A DNA stretch of 64,000 nucleotides, from the NCBI GenBank assembly GCA_964498245.1, contig CAZCGK010000006.1, forward strand, positions 944 to 64,943, written 5' to 3'. This stretch comes from an uncultured archaeon (lineage in GTDB: Archaea; Aenigmatarchaeota; Aenigmatarchaeia; QMZP01). A program made the translations under genes and the position numbers. The notes under the pieces were generated by a model that saw nothing but the letters and a program-made list of their open reading frames with translations, was not told the DNA's origin and did no database searches. Shown here in pieces: positions 37,366 to 47,427 of the stretch (position 1 is the stretch's first letter; each line of letters starts with the position of its first letter).

Positions 37366-37893
37366 ATGCATACAGAATTATTTCAGATTGTGAACATTCC
37401 GGGAGTTCTGGAGAATACAGGAATTTACCAGTTTATTCTTCCTTTTCTGCTTTCCCTTGCGATAACATATGGTATTCTTTCCTATGCACTTGGAAACAAG
37501 ATTCAAAAATCTGCAATAGGTCTCATCTCTCTTGTGCTGTCCTTTTTTGTAATGCTTTATTCAAGTTGGAATCTCATGATAGTGAACTTCTTTGCAAATC
37601 TAAGCGGCTCTGCTCTGCTTGTTGCTACAGGTATTCTTGTTATAGTGATTTTTCTCGGGCTTTTTGGAGTAAAACCTGAAAATATTGTGGGAGGAGAAAA
37701 GGGTATAACAAAAGCCGGGTGGATTTTTATATTCACTCTTGTATTCATAGGTATACTCCTGTTCCTCGGAACAGGATGGTGGAGTCTGATACCTACAGCG
37801 TATTTAAGTCCTGATTTCCAGGCAGCAATTCTTATTATAATTATAATTGCACTTGCAATGTGGTGGATGACAGAGGAAAAGACAGGGGAATGA
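37366..37893 (+). CDS. Hypothetical multi-pass membrane protein (5-6 TM)
   Basis: Long hydrophobic ORF; FILPFLL..AI.YGIL start resembles DPANN membrane proteins seen near pilus genes (recalled, not verified). Confidence 0.7.
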   Translation: MHTELFQIVNIPGVLENTGIYQFILPFLLSLAITYGILSYALGNKIQKSAIGLISLVLSFFVMLYSSWNLMIVNFFANLSGSALLVATGILVIVIFLGLFGVKPENIVGGEKGITKAGWIFIFTLVFIGILLFLGTGWWSLIPTAYLSPDFQAAILIIIIIALAMWWMTEEKTGE

Positions 37894-37905
37894 ATAACAA
37901 AAAAT

Positions 37906-38709
37906 TTACTTCTTCTTTCCTTTCAGATCATTTACAGCATTAGAAAGAGATCTGAGTGTTTGCATGATTGTTGTGAGTGTGTCTTTAATAACAAGTTCTA
38001 TCGAATCCATTTTCTCTGAGATTTCCGAAATAGAGGATTTGTAGGTATCTATCTTATCCTCTATCTTTTTCAGATCGGTTTTTCTTTCATCCCTTACCTG
38101 CTTAAGCGTTTCCTCCAAGGAGAATATCTTGCTTTCCATTTTGTTAATCTCTTCTCTGAGGTCTACGATTTCCTCTTTCAATCTCACCATTTTTTCCTCC
38201 ACTATTGCTTCTGCAAGCTCCTCCAAAGCACGTCTCCTTTCTTCTCTTATTTCTTCTTTGGTTTTTCGCTCTCTGAGTTTGGGAAGGGACTGTTCGGTTT
38301 CGAACATTTCAGGAGGTCTTTGTTTTATTCTCTCAAACTCCTCTGCAGAAAGCGGTGGGGGAGGAAGGGATGTTTCCTCTGATAGTTTTTCCGGCGGTAG
38401 GGGAGGTTCTTCGGGAATTGATTCTTTGATATCGGGCATTGCAAACTCGCTGTATGGTGGTGGTTCTGGTGGGGCTGTGGGAGAAGGTTCTGCTGGCTTT
38501 TCTACTTCAGGTCTTTCTCTGGAAACAGCGGTTTTCAGTGCTTCTTTCATCGCAGCATTTATTTCAAAAGAACTGTAACCTTCTTTTCTGAGCATCTCTA
38601 TTATTTCTGGCTCTGAAATCCCACGAGAAAGCATTGATCTAACCCTATCCAGCGGTATTCCTCTTTTTGGAGGTGTGGTTTCTTTTGATTTTCCACCAAA
38701 TGGCCACAT
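37906..38709 (-). CDS. Hypothetical protein: small helical N-domain, Pro/Glu-rich linker, long coiled coil
   Basis: Composition and heptad pattern; co-oriented with 38740-39144. Confidence 0.7.
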   Translation of the reverse strand: MWPFGGKSKETTPPKRGIPLDRVRSMLSRGISEPEIIEMLRKEGYSSFEINAAMKEALKTAVSRERPEVEKPAEPSPTAPPEPPPYSEFAMPDIKESIPEEPPLPPEKLSEETSLPPPPLSAEEFERIKQRPPEMFETEQSLPKLRERKTKEEIREERRRALEELAEAIVEEKMVRLKEEIVDLREEINKMESKIFSLEETLKQVRDERKTDLKKIEDKIDTYKSSISEISEKMDSIELVIKDTLTTIMQTLRSLSNAVNDLKGKKK

Positions 38710-38739
38710 ATTATCCTTAAGTGTGTTTTTGAATTTTTT

Positions 38740-39144
38740 CTATTTATTTGTTATTTTTTCTTCTATTATTTTTTCTACCTCTTCACGTGTAACAAAGTTT
38801 GATTTCAATGGATTGTATATTTCTACAAGCTCTTCAAGTTCACTTATTTTTGCTTTTGTGGCAAGATTTCTCATATATTTTATTATTTCTTTTATCGTGT
38901 TTTCCATTTGCGAAACCTTTGTTTCCAATTTCTTTATTTCCCCTTCATTATCGGCTATGGATTTTTGAACCTGCTTTGTCAATGAAAGCATGTTTTTTTC
39001 CAGTGATCCGATCCGAGAATCCAGAATCTCCCTTTCCTGCTCCAAAATTCTGAGCCTTTGTGTGTTATCGTTTATTCGATCAACCATTTCATTTATTATT
39101 TTTGCCAGAGGTTTCGATTCTCTTTTCTCATCAAAAACAACCAT
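38740..39144 (-). CDS. Hypothetical coiled-coil protein
   Basis: Heptad-rich 134 aa ending ELVEIYNPLKSNFVTREEV; divergent from the secretion ATPase. Confidence 0.7.
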   Translation of the reverse strand: MVVFDEKRESKPLAKIINEMVDRINDNTQRLRILEQEREILDSRIGSLEKNMLSLTKQVQKSIADNEGEIKKLETKVSQMENTIKEIIKYMRNLATKAKISELEELVEIYNPLKSNFVTREEVEKIIEEKITNK

Positions 39145-39205
39145 ATTTAATATTGATGAGGTTTGTTAAAAATGTTTATTTTATACCTTAACCAAAAGAA
39201 ATAAT

Positions 39206-41500
39206 ATGGCTGATGAGCTGAAAATATGTGAGTATTCGTATGACAGAGAAAGAATGAGGCTCAGGGTAAATTGCCTCGGATGTCTTTTCGGTGCATCTCT
39301 GGAAGATTATGAAGAATGCATGGCAAGGACAATAGATAAGATTCTTGAAGTAAAAAAAGTTGCGAGTATTGTTCTCGCGAAAGAAAGGGAATATGAATAC
39401 GATTATGAACAAACAAAAATGCTTGTAGAAGTTGCAAATGTTATAGAAAATGTTATAAGGGAAAAGCTCTTGTCTTTAGAAAAGTTTGGAACGAAATGCA
39501 GAAGATATTTTCCTGAATGGAATGCAAAGCTGAGGTATATAGTTTTTGATCTCATGAGAAGGGATCCTATAGGGGCATATGTTGAAACTCTGAGAGAGAT
39601 AAGAGAAGTGAACATAAAAATGAAAAAGACTCCAAGCGCGGATGAATACGAATGCCTTCACATGTACAAAAACAATATTCTTAACAGATTAAAAACCATG
39701 CTTGAATCTACAAAACTCATAAATCTTGTTAAGGACAGATTGGCTGGGTATCACATAGGTGACAGATCACTTTACAGAGAAATCTTGATGCCAAGTGTGA
39801 GACCAAACTTCATGCTTACGAGATACATCATCACACCTCCGGAAAGGGGAAAATCTGTAGATAAATACAGTGTAGGGGATATAGAGGTTGAAATTTTTCG
39901 GTTACCTGAGACTACAGAGTATCTTTATTTTGTTATACCTCCTGAATTCAGGTTATCTCAGGAAAAGTATACACTTCTGGATGCAGCAAGAAGATACATG
40001 GCAACTCATAAATCAACAAGTGCTGAATTTGTAGGTTCTGAAAAGATCAGGGAAATATTTTACAATATAGGCAAGGATATGATAAGGGAAGTTGCATCCC
40101 AAATGGGTATTGACCTGACTGTAAAGGAACTTGAACAGCTTGCAAACATTCTAACGAGATATACAGCTGGTCTTGGTGTGCTGGAGGTTTTGCTTGCTGA
40201 TGAAAAGGTTCAGGATATATACATAAATTCGCCCGTAGAAAGACAGCCAATTCTTATAAATCATCAGGATTGGGAGGAATGCAGGACAAATCTCATACCA
40301 ACCATGGAAGATGCGGAGGCATGGGCCACAAGGCTCAGAATCCAGTCCGGCAGGCCTCTGGACGAAGCGAATCCTGTTCTGGATACGGATATTGCAATTC
40401 CGGGAGGTAAAGCAAGGTTTGCTGTTATAACAAGAAACCTTTCTCCCAGCGGTCTTGCCTTTGCGATAAGAAGGCACAGAGACAAACCCTGGACACTCCC
40501 GCTTTTTATAAAAAACCGCATGCTCAATCCTCTTGCAGCAGGATTGCTTTCCTTTTTCATAGATGGAACGGTTTCACTGCTGGTTGCAGGTGGAAGGGGG
40601 GCTGGAAAAACCTCTCTTTTAGGTGCACTTATGGTGGAAATATTGCCAAAGATCAGAGTCGTTACAATAGAGGATACTCTGGAGTTACCTGTGGAACAGC
40701 TCAGAGATCTGAATTACAATGTAGAGAGGCTCAAATCCAGATCTGTTATAACAAGGATTGAAACAGAAATGCCTGCGGATGAGGCGTTGAGAACAGCATT
40801 AAGGCTTGGAGATTCCGCTCTGATAGTGGGAGAGGTAAGAAGTGTTGAGGCAAGGGCTTTATATGAGGCTATGAGAATTGGCGCGCTGTCCAATGTTGTT
40901 GCCGGAACAATACACGGTGAATCAGCTTACGGTGTTTACGACAGGGTTGTGAACGATCTGGGTGTTCCTCCAACATCATTCAAGGCAACAGATATAATAT
41001 GTATATGCAAGAGTTTGCGTTCTGCAGACGGTCTTCACAGATTCAGAAGACTTACCGAGATAACAGAGGTCAGGAAAAAGTGGGAAGAAGACCCTGTGAA
41101 GGAAGGGGGGTTCGTTAATCTCATGGAGTACTCTGGTAAAGAAGATATACTAAAACCTACGGATATTCTGCTTAATGGAGAATCCGAGGTTGTAAACAGG
41201 ATTGCCTCTTATGTAAAGGAATGGAGTGGTAACTGGGATGCTGTCTGGGAGAATATCCAGCTCCGAGCAAAGATAAAGAAGACACTTGTAGAACTTTCGG
41301 AAAAACTCAACAAACCCGAGCTTCTCGAGGCAGAATGGGTTGTGAGATCAAACTCTAAATTTCATTTAATAACCGAGGATTTGAGAAAAGAAATAGGTTT
41401 TCCGGAGCCGAACAGAGTTTATGAAGAGTGGCTCTCCTGGCTCAAAGAAGAGTTAAAACTCGGTTCTGTACCAAAGATAAGAATATCGGAATTGTTATAA
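39206..41500 (+). CDS. Type II/IV secretion / type IV pilus assembly ATPase (VirB11/TadA/FlaI family)
   Basis: Walker A GGRGAGKT, Asp box TIEDTLEL, Walker B LIVGEVR, His box TIHG; long N-terminal extension with CLGC...C. Confidence 0.92.
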   Translation: MADELKICEYSYDRERMRLRVNCLGCLFGASLEDYEECMARTIDKILEVKKVASIVLAKEREYEYDYEQTKMLVEVANVIENVIREKLLSLEKFGTKCRRYFPEWNAKLRYIVFDLMRRDPIGAYVETLREIREVNIKMKKTPSADEYECLHMYKNNILNRLKTMLESTKLINLVKDRLAGYHIGDRSLYREILMPSVRPNFMLTRYIITPPERGKSVDKYSVGDIEVEIFRLPETTEYLYFVIPPEFRLSQEKYTLLDAARRYMATHKSTSAEFVGSEKIREIFYNIGKDMIREVASQMGIDLTVKELEQLANILTRYTAGLGVLEVLLADEKVQDIYINSPVERQPILINHQDWEECRTNLIPTMEDAEAWATRLRIQSGRPLDEANPVLDTDIAIPGGKARFAVITRNLSPSGLAFAIRRHRDKPWTLPLFIKNRMLNPLAAGLLSFFIDGTVSLLVAGGRGAGKTSLLGALMVEILPKIRVVTIEDTLELPVEQLRDLNYNVERLKSRSVITRIETEMPADEALRTALRLGDSALIVGEVRSVEARALYEAMRIGALSNVVAGTIHGESAYGVYDRVVNDLGVPPTSFKATDIICICKSLRSADGLHRFRRLTEITEVRKKWEEDPVKEGGFVNLMEYSGKEDILKPTDILLNGESEVVNRIASYVKEWSGNWDAVWENIQLRAKIKKTLVELSEKLNKPELLEAEWVVRSNSKFHLITEDLRKEIGFPEPNRVYEEWLSWLKEELKLGSVPKIRISELL

Positions 41501-42846
41501 AGAACAGGAAACCGATAAATACACGTTATGTTTCTGGACTCTATAAACCATTTTTCCATAAGAATGTAATCTATACCGTATCCTTCCGGAACTTTGCAGG
41601 TTTTGTAAAACTCAAGGAGTTGCTCAAACCTTTTGTCAACCTCGGGTGCATACTCGGCATAGCCATCCATGAAATTTTTCCTTTGGGCAATTCCTGTTAC
41701 CCAGTGTCCCAGAGTCCAGTCTGTAAGTATTGTTGAATTTTCTGGAGTGTTTTTCTTTATCCAGAGAAAAGCATCGGTTTGTTCTTTAGTAGGCCACCAG
41801 GAAGCATAGGTGCTTACAGTTCCCGGAATAAAAATAATGAGATAAACTACCATTCCAATAAGCAGAATTTGCTTGAATTTTGATCGAATGCTTTCCAGCG
41901 CGGAAGATGAAAGCAAAGCAAATACAGGAAAGAGATAAATGAAAAATCTTCCGGAAATAAGAGAGAGAACAAATGCAAAAATAAACCAAAATCTAAGAAA
42001 AGAATTTTTCGTGAGAAAAAAACCTGAAAGCGTGAGGAGAAAAACAGGAATATAAAGAGAATCCAGAGGTGATGAGAACTCCCATACATGCTTTCCGATA
42101 TCCAGATATTCCAACCCGTATCCTCTGGTAAGATAATCCTTATGCAGTTCTGTATAAACCGGAATTCCCAGGTTTGCAAGTACAGGCAGATATATGAGGG
42201 CTGAAAATCCAAAAGCTGAGAAAAGAGTCACTGCTAATGCTTCTTTTTTGTCTCTTAAAAGGAATGCAGCAAGAATGAGAAAAACCAATCCCGTTTCCCA
42301 GTGATAAAGGAAGGTTAATGCAAAAAAAGGAGAAAAGAAATACCAGGGTTTTTTCCTGAGAATGAGGTATATGCCTGCAAGACCGAGGATTATGGGAGGA
42401 CTCCTCGTGGATAGATTGGAAAAGAGGTAAAGAAATAGAGGTGAAAGAACACAAAGCACGAAAGAGACTTTCTGGTTTATTCCCAAAAGTTTTGAAAGTT
42501 CCCAGATGAGAATTCCTGCAAAACCTCCTAGTATGCCTAAGAAAATAACACCGCCCCATTCCGGACCGAAAAGCAAAGCAAAACCCGCGAGAGTGAATAC
42601 AAAACCTGGAGGATATGTATAAGGTCTTCCTCCAAAGCTCAGGTTATCGTACCAATTAAATTCTCCCTGAATTATATCTAGGGCAATCCTCTGGTGATAG
42701 TACTGAGGGAAACCTATTATTCCCGGAATGTTAAACATATACCATCTAATGAGAACGGGTAAAATAGCAAAAAGAAACGCAAGGGTAAATAAAACCGGTT
42801 TCCTATATTCTGAAAATATATGCATAACCGTTTTCATTCGCAACAT
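41419..42846 (-). CDS. GT-C fold membrane glycosyltransferase-like protein (ArnT/PMT/STT3-related)
   Basis: About 11-13 TM; YHQR and GGRPYTYPPGF loop; C-terminal WIKKNTPENSTILTDWTLGHW..IAQRKN domain. Confidence 0.65.
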   Translation of the reverse strand: MLRMKTVMHIFSEYRKPVLFTLAFLFAILPVLIRWYMFNIPGIIGFPQYYHQRIALDIIQGEFNWYDNLSFGGRPYTYPPGFVFTLAGFALLFGPEWGGVIFLGILGGFAGILIWELSKLLGINQKVSFVLCVLSPLFLYLFSNLSTRSPPIILGLAGIYLILRKKPWYFFSPFFALTFLYHWETGLVFLILAAFLLRDKKEALAVTLFSAFGFSALIYLPVLANLGIPVYTELHKDYLTRGYGLEYLDIGKHVWEFSSPLDSLYIPVFLLTLSGFFLTKNSFLRFWFIFAFVLSLISGRFFIYLFPVFALLSSSALESIRSKFKQILLIGMVVYLIIFIPGTVSTYASWWPTKEQTDAFLWIKKNTPENSTILTDWTLGHWVTGIAQRKNFMDGYAEYAPEVDKRFEQLLEFYKTCKVPEGYGIDYILMEKWFIESRNITCIYRFPVLYNNSDILIFGTEPSFNSSLSQESHSS

Positions 42847-44140
42847 CGAACATCTCCGACAATCTTTTTATAGCTCCGGGATGGAGGACTTTCTCTTCAT
42901 ATCTGTTTATGTATATGTATTTTGCATTGTATTTACTTAAGATATATCTGATCTCCCTTTCGCTTTGAGAAGTAAAAATCTTTTCCAAATCATTTCTTCT
43001 TTCCAGATAATCGGGCACAAATTCCTGGAGGTATCCTAGTATATTTTGCCTTTCTGCTATCACAGGTATCCATGGACCTGAGACCTGCCAGGGAGATGCT
43101 ATAACGCTTTCTTCAGGCGTGTTCTCTTTTATCCATAAAAGCATTTCATAATCCTTTTCGTTCATCTCACTCCTTTCAGTGAGAGAAAAGGATACTGCAG
43201 GAATAAGAAAAAGAATCAAAAGAATCCAGGCTGTTGCAAGTCCGGGCTTTCCCAGGGAATTCTTCATGAGGGAAAAACCTCTGGCGGAAAGAACCGAAAG
43301 AGGTATTGCAAGATAAAATATAATTCTTTCCCGATAGAAAGGAAGAAAAACCATAGCGAAAAGAAGCAAAACAAAAAGTACATAAAAATCTTTTAGTTTT
43401 TTGTGTTTTCTTATTGCTAAAGGCAAAAGGAATAAAGGTATCCATGAGATTTGGATACGGTTTATCCTCCATAGAGCGTACGATGTGTCCACAGGATGCG
43501 GAGAAAACCAGAGAAAAGAAATCAGGATAAGCAGAGAAAAGGATATCAGAGAAGGAAGCACGACAAGAATTCTTTTTCTGTACAGAATTATGATAATGAG
43601 AATCAAGATAATGTAAGAAAGAAAATGTGAAATGGAAAGTATAAATGATGAAATCGCGGCAATGTATGCAGATATCCTTTGGTTTTTGCTCCGCTCTAAG
43701 GAATAGAGCGTGAAGAAAATCAAAACCGTTCCAAAATTCTGGGGAAAAACCGAAAAGGTGAAGGTATCCACTGTTTCGATAAAAGAGGAAAAGAAAACCG
43801 TTGCAAGAATAGATTCATGAAAGGACAAAAACCTTCTGCACCAGAGATAGAAAAACAGGATTGAGAAAATCCCGAAAACCGGACCGAAAAACCTGAAAAC
43901 AGAGATGTTACCGATTAGAGTGAAGGGATAAAGAACAATGTGAAAAAACGGTGGATAAAAATAGCTTATACCTCCGGAGGAAAGTCCGTCATAGAACGGG
44001 CTGCGAAAAATCTCTGAGGCTGCTTTTATATGAAACCAGCTGTCGCTTCCTTTCGGAAAATTGCTTGCAAGGGCTGGAAAAAAATAAAGTATGAATGCAA
44101 GAAGAATTACAGAAAACGCATAGAGATTTTTCCTTTTCAT
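42803..44140 (-). CDS. GT-C fold membrane glycosyltransferase-like protein, paralog of 41419-42846
   Basis: GSDSWFH, GGISYFYPPFF; C-terminal WIKENTPEESVIASPWQVSGPW..IAERQN. Confidence 0.65.
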   Translation of the reverse strand: MKRKNLYAFSVILLAFILYFFPALASNFPKGSDSWFHIKAASEIFRSPFYDGLSSGGISYFYPPFFHIVLYPFTLIGNISVFRFFGPVFGIFSILFFYLWCRRFLSFHESILATVFFSSFIETVDTFTFSVFPQNFGTVLIFFTLYSLERSKNQRISAYIAAISSFILSISHFLSYIILILIIIILYRKRILVVLPSLISFSLLILISFLWFSPHPVDTSYALWRINRIQISWIPLFLLPLAIRKHKKLKDFYVLFVLLLFAMVFLPFYRERIIFYLAIPLSVLSARGFSLMKNSLGKPGLATAWILLILFLIPAVSFSLTERSEMNEKDYEMLLWIKENTPEESVIASPWQVSGPWIPVIAERQNILGYLQEFVPDYLERRNDLEKIFTSQSEREIRYILSKYNAKYIYINRYEEKVLHPGAIKRLSEMFDVANENGYAYIFRI

Positions 44141-44172
44141 TGTTATTTCCTTAATCCCCATGACTTTTATAT

Positions 44173-44853
44173 ATGAAGCACCAGAAAAATATCATGCAGA
44201 AATTCTCTGTCATTCTTCCTGCATACAATGAAGAAGGCAAAATAGAAAGGGTTATAAGGGATTTGAAAGGAACATATCCTTGTTCTCACATAGTGGTTGT
44301 GGATGATGGTTCGGAAGATGAAACTTTTAGAAAAGCGCGTCTTGCAGGATGTGAGGTTTACAGGTTAAATAAGAATATGGGAAAAGGGTATGCATGCAGG
44401 TTTGGTGTAAAGAAGGCAAAACACGAAAGAATGGTTTTCTTTGATGCGGATGCTCAGTTTGATGTAAGAGATATAAGAAGACTTGTGGAAAGGTTGGGAG
44501 AGTACGATATGGTTATAGGCTCAAGGGATTTTTCAAGCTTGCCTGTGCAGAGGAGGATATCCAACATCTTTGCAAGAATTCTCATAAACTCCATAACAGG
44601 AAAAAAATACAGTGATGTTCTCTGTGGTTTCAGAGCTGTTAGGAGAAAAAGTTTTGAAATCTTGGATTTGCAAAAGAACAGATATGAATTTGAATCTGAA
44701 ATGTTGATAAAAGCGAAAAAGAGAAATCTAAAGGTCTGTGAGGTTCAGGTAAGGGTTGATTATTCGGATTATAAAGGCATGTCTTTTGTACAGAGTTTAA
44801 AGCTCATGATTTATCTTATTCGAGAATGGTTTAAAGCAAAGGTAAGAATATGA
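44173..44853 (+). CDS. GT2 glycosyltransferase (polyprenol-phosphate glycosyltransferase/DPM1-like)
   Basis: VILPAYNEE, VVDDGSED, NMGKG, FFDADAQF, GSR, DVLCGFRA, YEFESEML. Confidence 0.9.
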   Translation: MKHQKNIMQKFSVILPAYNEEGKIERVIRDLKGTYPCSHIVVVDDGSEDETFRKARLAGCEVYRLNKNMGKGYACRFGVKKAKHERMVFFDADAQFDVRDIRRLVERLGEYDMVIGSRDFSSLPVQRRISNIFARILINSITGKKYSDVLCGFRAVRRKSFEILDLQKNRYEFESEMLIKAKKRNLKVCEVQVRVDYSDYKGMSFVQSLKLMIYLIREWFKAKVRI

Positions 44854-45287
44854 ACTGGCTGTGGATTCTGTTTTCAATTGTTCCAGGAATTGAGGCAAGG
44901 GGAGCAGGTCTGTATCTTGCTTGTTCGAAGAATTATCTGTTTATACCTTTTGCTGTTTTCCTGAACTTCCTCTCTGTTATGATTTTCATAAGACTCCTGG
45001 ATTCTGAAAAAATACCAGAGAAAGTGGAAAAATTCCTTGAAAAAAAGGCTGGAAAACATATGAAGCGCGCTGAGAAATGGTTTTCAAAACACGGAAACCT
45101 TGCAATATTCTTTCTCATAGCACTGCCTTTCACTGGTATAGGCTCGTATACCGGAGCCTTTATAGGAAGGGTTTTTGGACTCGAGACCAGGGTTTTCTAT
45201 GGATATGTGTTTTTAGGAATACTTTTTTCTGTGCTGATTGGAGTTATCGCGGGATACTGGATTGGTTTTACAGGGATTGTGTGCTAA
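44850..45287 (+). CDS. Small multi-drug export-like membrane protein
   Basis: VPGIEARGA; FIALPFTGIGSYTGAF-type motif. Confidence 0.75.
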   Translation: MNWLWILFSIVPGIEARGAGLYLACSKNYLFIPFAVFLNFLSVMIFIRLLDSEKIPEKVEKFLEKKAGKHMKRAEKWFSKHGNLAIFFLIALPFTGIGSYTGAFIGRVFGLETRVFYGYVFLGILFSVLIGVIAGYWIGFTGIVC

Positions 45288-45429
45288 AAGGGATTATAAC
45301 GGTTTCATTATTTTAAAGAATTGGTTAATCCGAATCTTTGAAAAAATTCCTTATAAATTCACTAAAAATGCGAAAAATTTAAAAATAATTCGCATTAATA
45401 GCTGCTCGAGGCAGAACATTTAAATAAGA

Positions 45430-46722
45430 CTATATTGTTCCCTTGTAGTACATCTTGGGTGTTTTGTAAAAAGTGTGTTTTATGCCCAAGAGGGCTTTTA
45501 TTACAGCTATTGTGTTGGTTATCTGAACCACAAAACCTATGACAAATATATACGGAATGTATATCAAATCCTTATATCTTCTGTCCATTATAAGTGCAAC
45601 CGCACATTCAAAGAGGTATCCGCAAGAGAGCACAAGCAGGATCAGGCCTGTAGGTGAAAAGAACTCTCGAACAACCTGCTTGACTGATTTTGTAAGCTCG
45701 TAAAAATTGAATATTTCTCCTGTTGTGTTTGGACCAAACCATGGCGACATCGTAATGATTGTGGAAACGGTCACACCCAAAATGAACGGAAATACAAGAA
45801 AACCTGTGGTTATGAAGAAAAGGTCTATCTTCTGTTTTCTTGTCAAAGTTTTGGAGGAGAATATTCTTCCGAGGTATTCTTTCATAACCTGTGTTGTGCC
45901 GTATGCCCATCTCTGTTGCTGTTTTACAAATGCTTTAAGGGTTTCTGGAACCTCTCCGTGTGCTTTAACATAAGGCAAATAAACCTGTTTGTATCCCCTG
46001 TCCAGAATCCTTACTGTTAAATCCAAGTCCTCGGTTATGCTGTTTTCGTTCCAGCCTCCTGCAGCTATCAGTACATCCTTTCTTATTGCACCTCCTGTGC
46101 CGCAGAATATGGCTGTTCCCAATTTTTCCTTCACAGGCATGGAGCACTGATGGAATGCGGAATAGGAAGTCATCGCTATTCTCGAGGTTTTATTTTTTCT
46201 TGGATTTAGATAGTCCCATCTGGTTTGAACAAAGGCAACACTTTCATCCTCAAGAAACGGCTGAACAGCCTTTTTCAGAAAATCCCTTCCTAAAATATAA
46301 TCTGAATCGAAAATCACTATTATATCTCCTTTGGAAACCTTTAAAGCGTCATTGAGAGCTCCTGCCTTGAAACCTCTTCTGTTTTTTCTTCTTATGAGTT
46401 TAAAACCCCCTCTTTCTTTCTGAAGTTTTTTAAGAAGCTCTGTGGTTTTATCGGTGCTATCATCTATAACTATTATCTCATATCTATCCTTTGGATAATC
46501 GAATTCAAGGCAGTTTTTTACGCATCTCACCACAACAGGATCGTTATAAACAGGTATGTGTATGGATACCTTTGGGAATTCTTTAATGGGTTTGTTTGTT
46601 TCCTTTCTTCCGCGGAAGAATATACTGGAAAATGCAAGAACATAGTATTTTAAGGAGTAAAATATCAAAGGTGCCATGCATATGTAAAACAGGGTTTTTC
46701 CCAGAGCAACAAGGCCATCCAT
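45430..46722 (-). CDS. Processive GT2 glycosyltransferase, cellulose-synthase-like
   Basis: IPVYND, VIDDS, GFKAGALN, IFDSD, FVQTRW, FCGTGG, ITEDLD and QQQRW (D,D,D,QxxRW); flanking TM helices. Confidence 0.9.
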   Translation of the reverse strand: MDGLVALGKTLFYICMAPLIFYSLKYYVLAFSSIFFRGRKETNKPIKEFPKVSIHIPVYNDPVVVRCVKNCLEFDYPKDRYEIIVIDDSTDKTTELLKKLQKERGGFKLIRRKNRRGFKAGALNDALKVSKGDIIVIFDSDYILGRDFLKKAVQPFLEDESVAFVQTRWDYLNPRKNKTSRIAMTSYSAFHQCSMPVKEKLGTAIFCGTGGAIRKDVLIAAGGWNENSITEDLDLTVRILDRGYKQVYLPYVKAHGEVPETLKAFVKQQQRWAYGTTQVMKEYLGRIFSSKTLTRKQKIDLFFITTGFLVFPFILGVTVSTIITMSPWFGPNTTGEIFNFYELTKSVKQVVREFFSPTGLILLVLSCGYLFECAVALIMDRRYKDLIYIPYIFVIGFVVQITNTIAVIKALLGIKHTFYKTPKMYYKGTI

Positions 46723-46794
46723 TCAATCAACACCCTTGGTTTTTTTGAAGGATAATAAATATTAATCGGTAATTCAATAAATTTGTGTGGTGCT

Positions 46795-47427
46795 ATGAAT
46801 AAAAATTTGGCGTTTTTTATGTTTTTGTTTCTAATAGTTTTCTCTGCAGGTTTTCTTACCGGTTATTTTCTGGAAAGAACGGGAATTATATACACCAAAA
46901 ACGAGCTTGAAAATCTTAGGAACGAAATAGAAAACATGCAGATTCAGGAGATGTTTATTGCTGGTGAAAATGTTGATTGCAGACTTTTGTTCTCAACCAT
47001 GGGAAAGGTTTCCTATGATCTTTACGATCTTGTTAAGAGGCTGAAAGACATAAATCCGGAATCTCCACAGTTCTATAGTGTAAAAAAACAGGCAGATTTC
47101 CTTTCTCTAAAAGCTTGGATAATAGCAAGGAGTATACAGGAAAAATGTACAAAGGATATTGTGCCTGTCCTGTATTTCTACTCACCTTCAGATTGTAAAG
47201 AATGCGCGAAACAAGATGAGATACTTCAGAGAATAAAACAAAAATACAATCAGACTCTGGTTTATGCAGTAGATTACACCCTGAATGAGCCGGCGATAAA
47301 TCTTGTAAAGGCAGCGTATGAGATAAAATCCGTTCCGTCCATGATAATAAACCATCGGCTTTACGGAAAGCTGAATGAAAGTGAAATAGAAAATATAATA
47401 TGCCAGCAGATAGAATGCGAAAATTAA
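46795..47427 (+). CDS. Membrane-anchored thioredoxin-like protein
   Basis: N-terminal TM; LYFYSPSDCKECA (CxxC); SVPSMIIN (cis-Pro loop); extra Cys residues. Confidence 0.7.
   Translation: MNKNLAFFMFLFLIVFSAGFLTGYFLERTGIIYTKNELENLRNEIENMQIQEMFIAGENVDCRLLFSTMGKVSYDLYDLVKRLKDINPESPQFYSVKKQADFLSLKAWIIARSIQEKCTKDIVPVLYFYSPSDCKECAKQDEILQRIKQKYNQTLVYAVDYTLNEPAINLVKAAYEIKSVPSMIINHRLYGKLNESEIENIICQQIECEN

Noticed and set aside
41419-44140. Call as oligosaccharyltransferase AglB
   Set aside because: Both proteins are shorter than typical AglB and lack the WWDYG motif; kept as generic GT-C-like.
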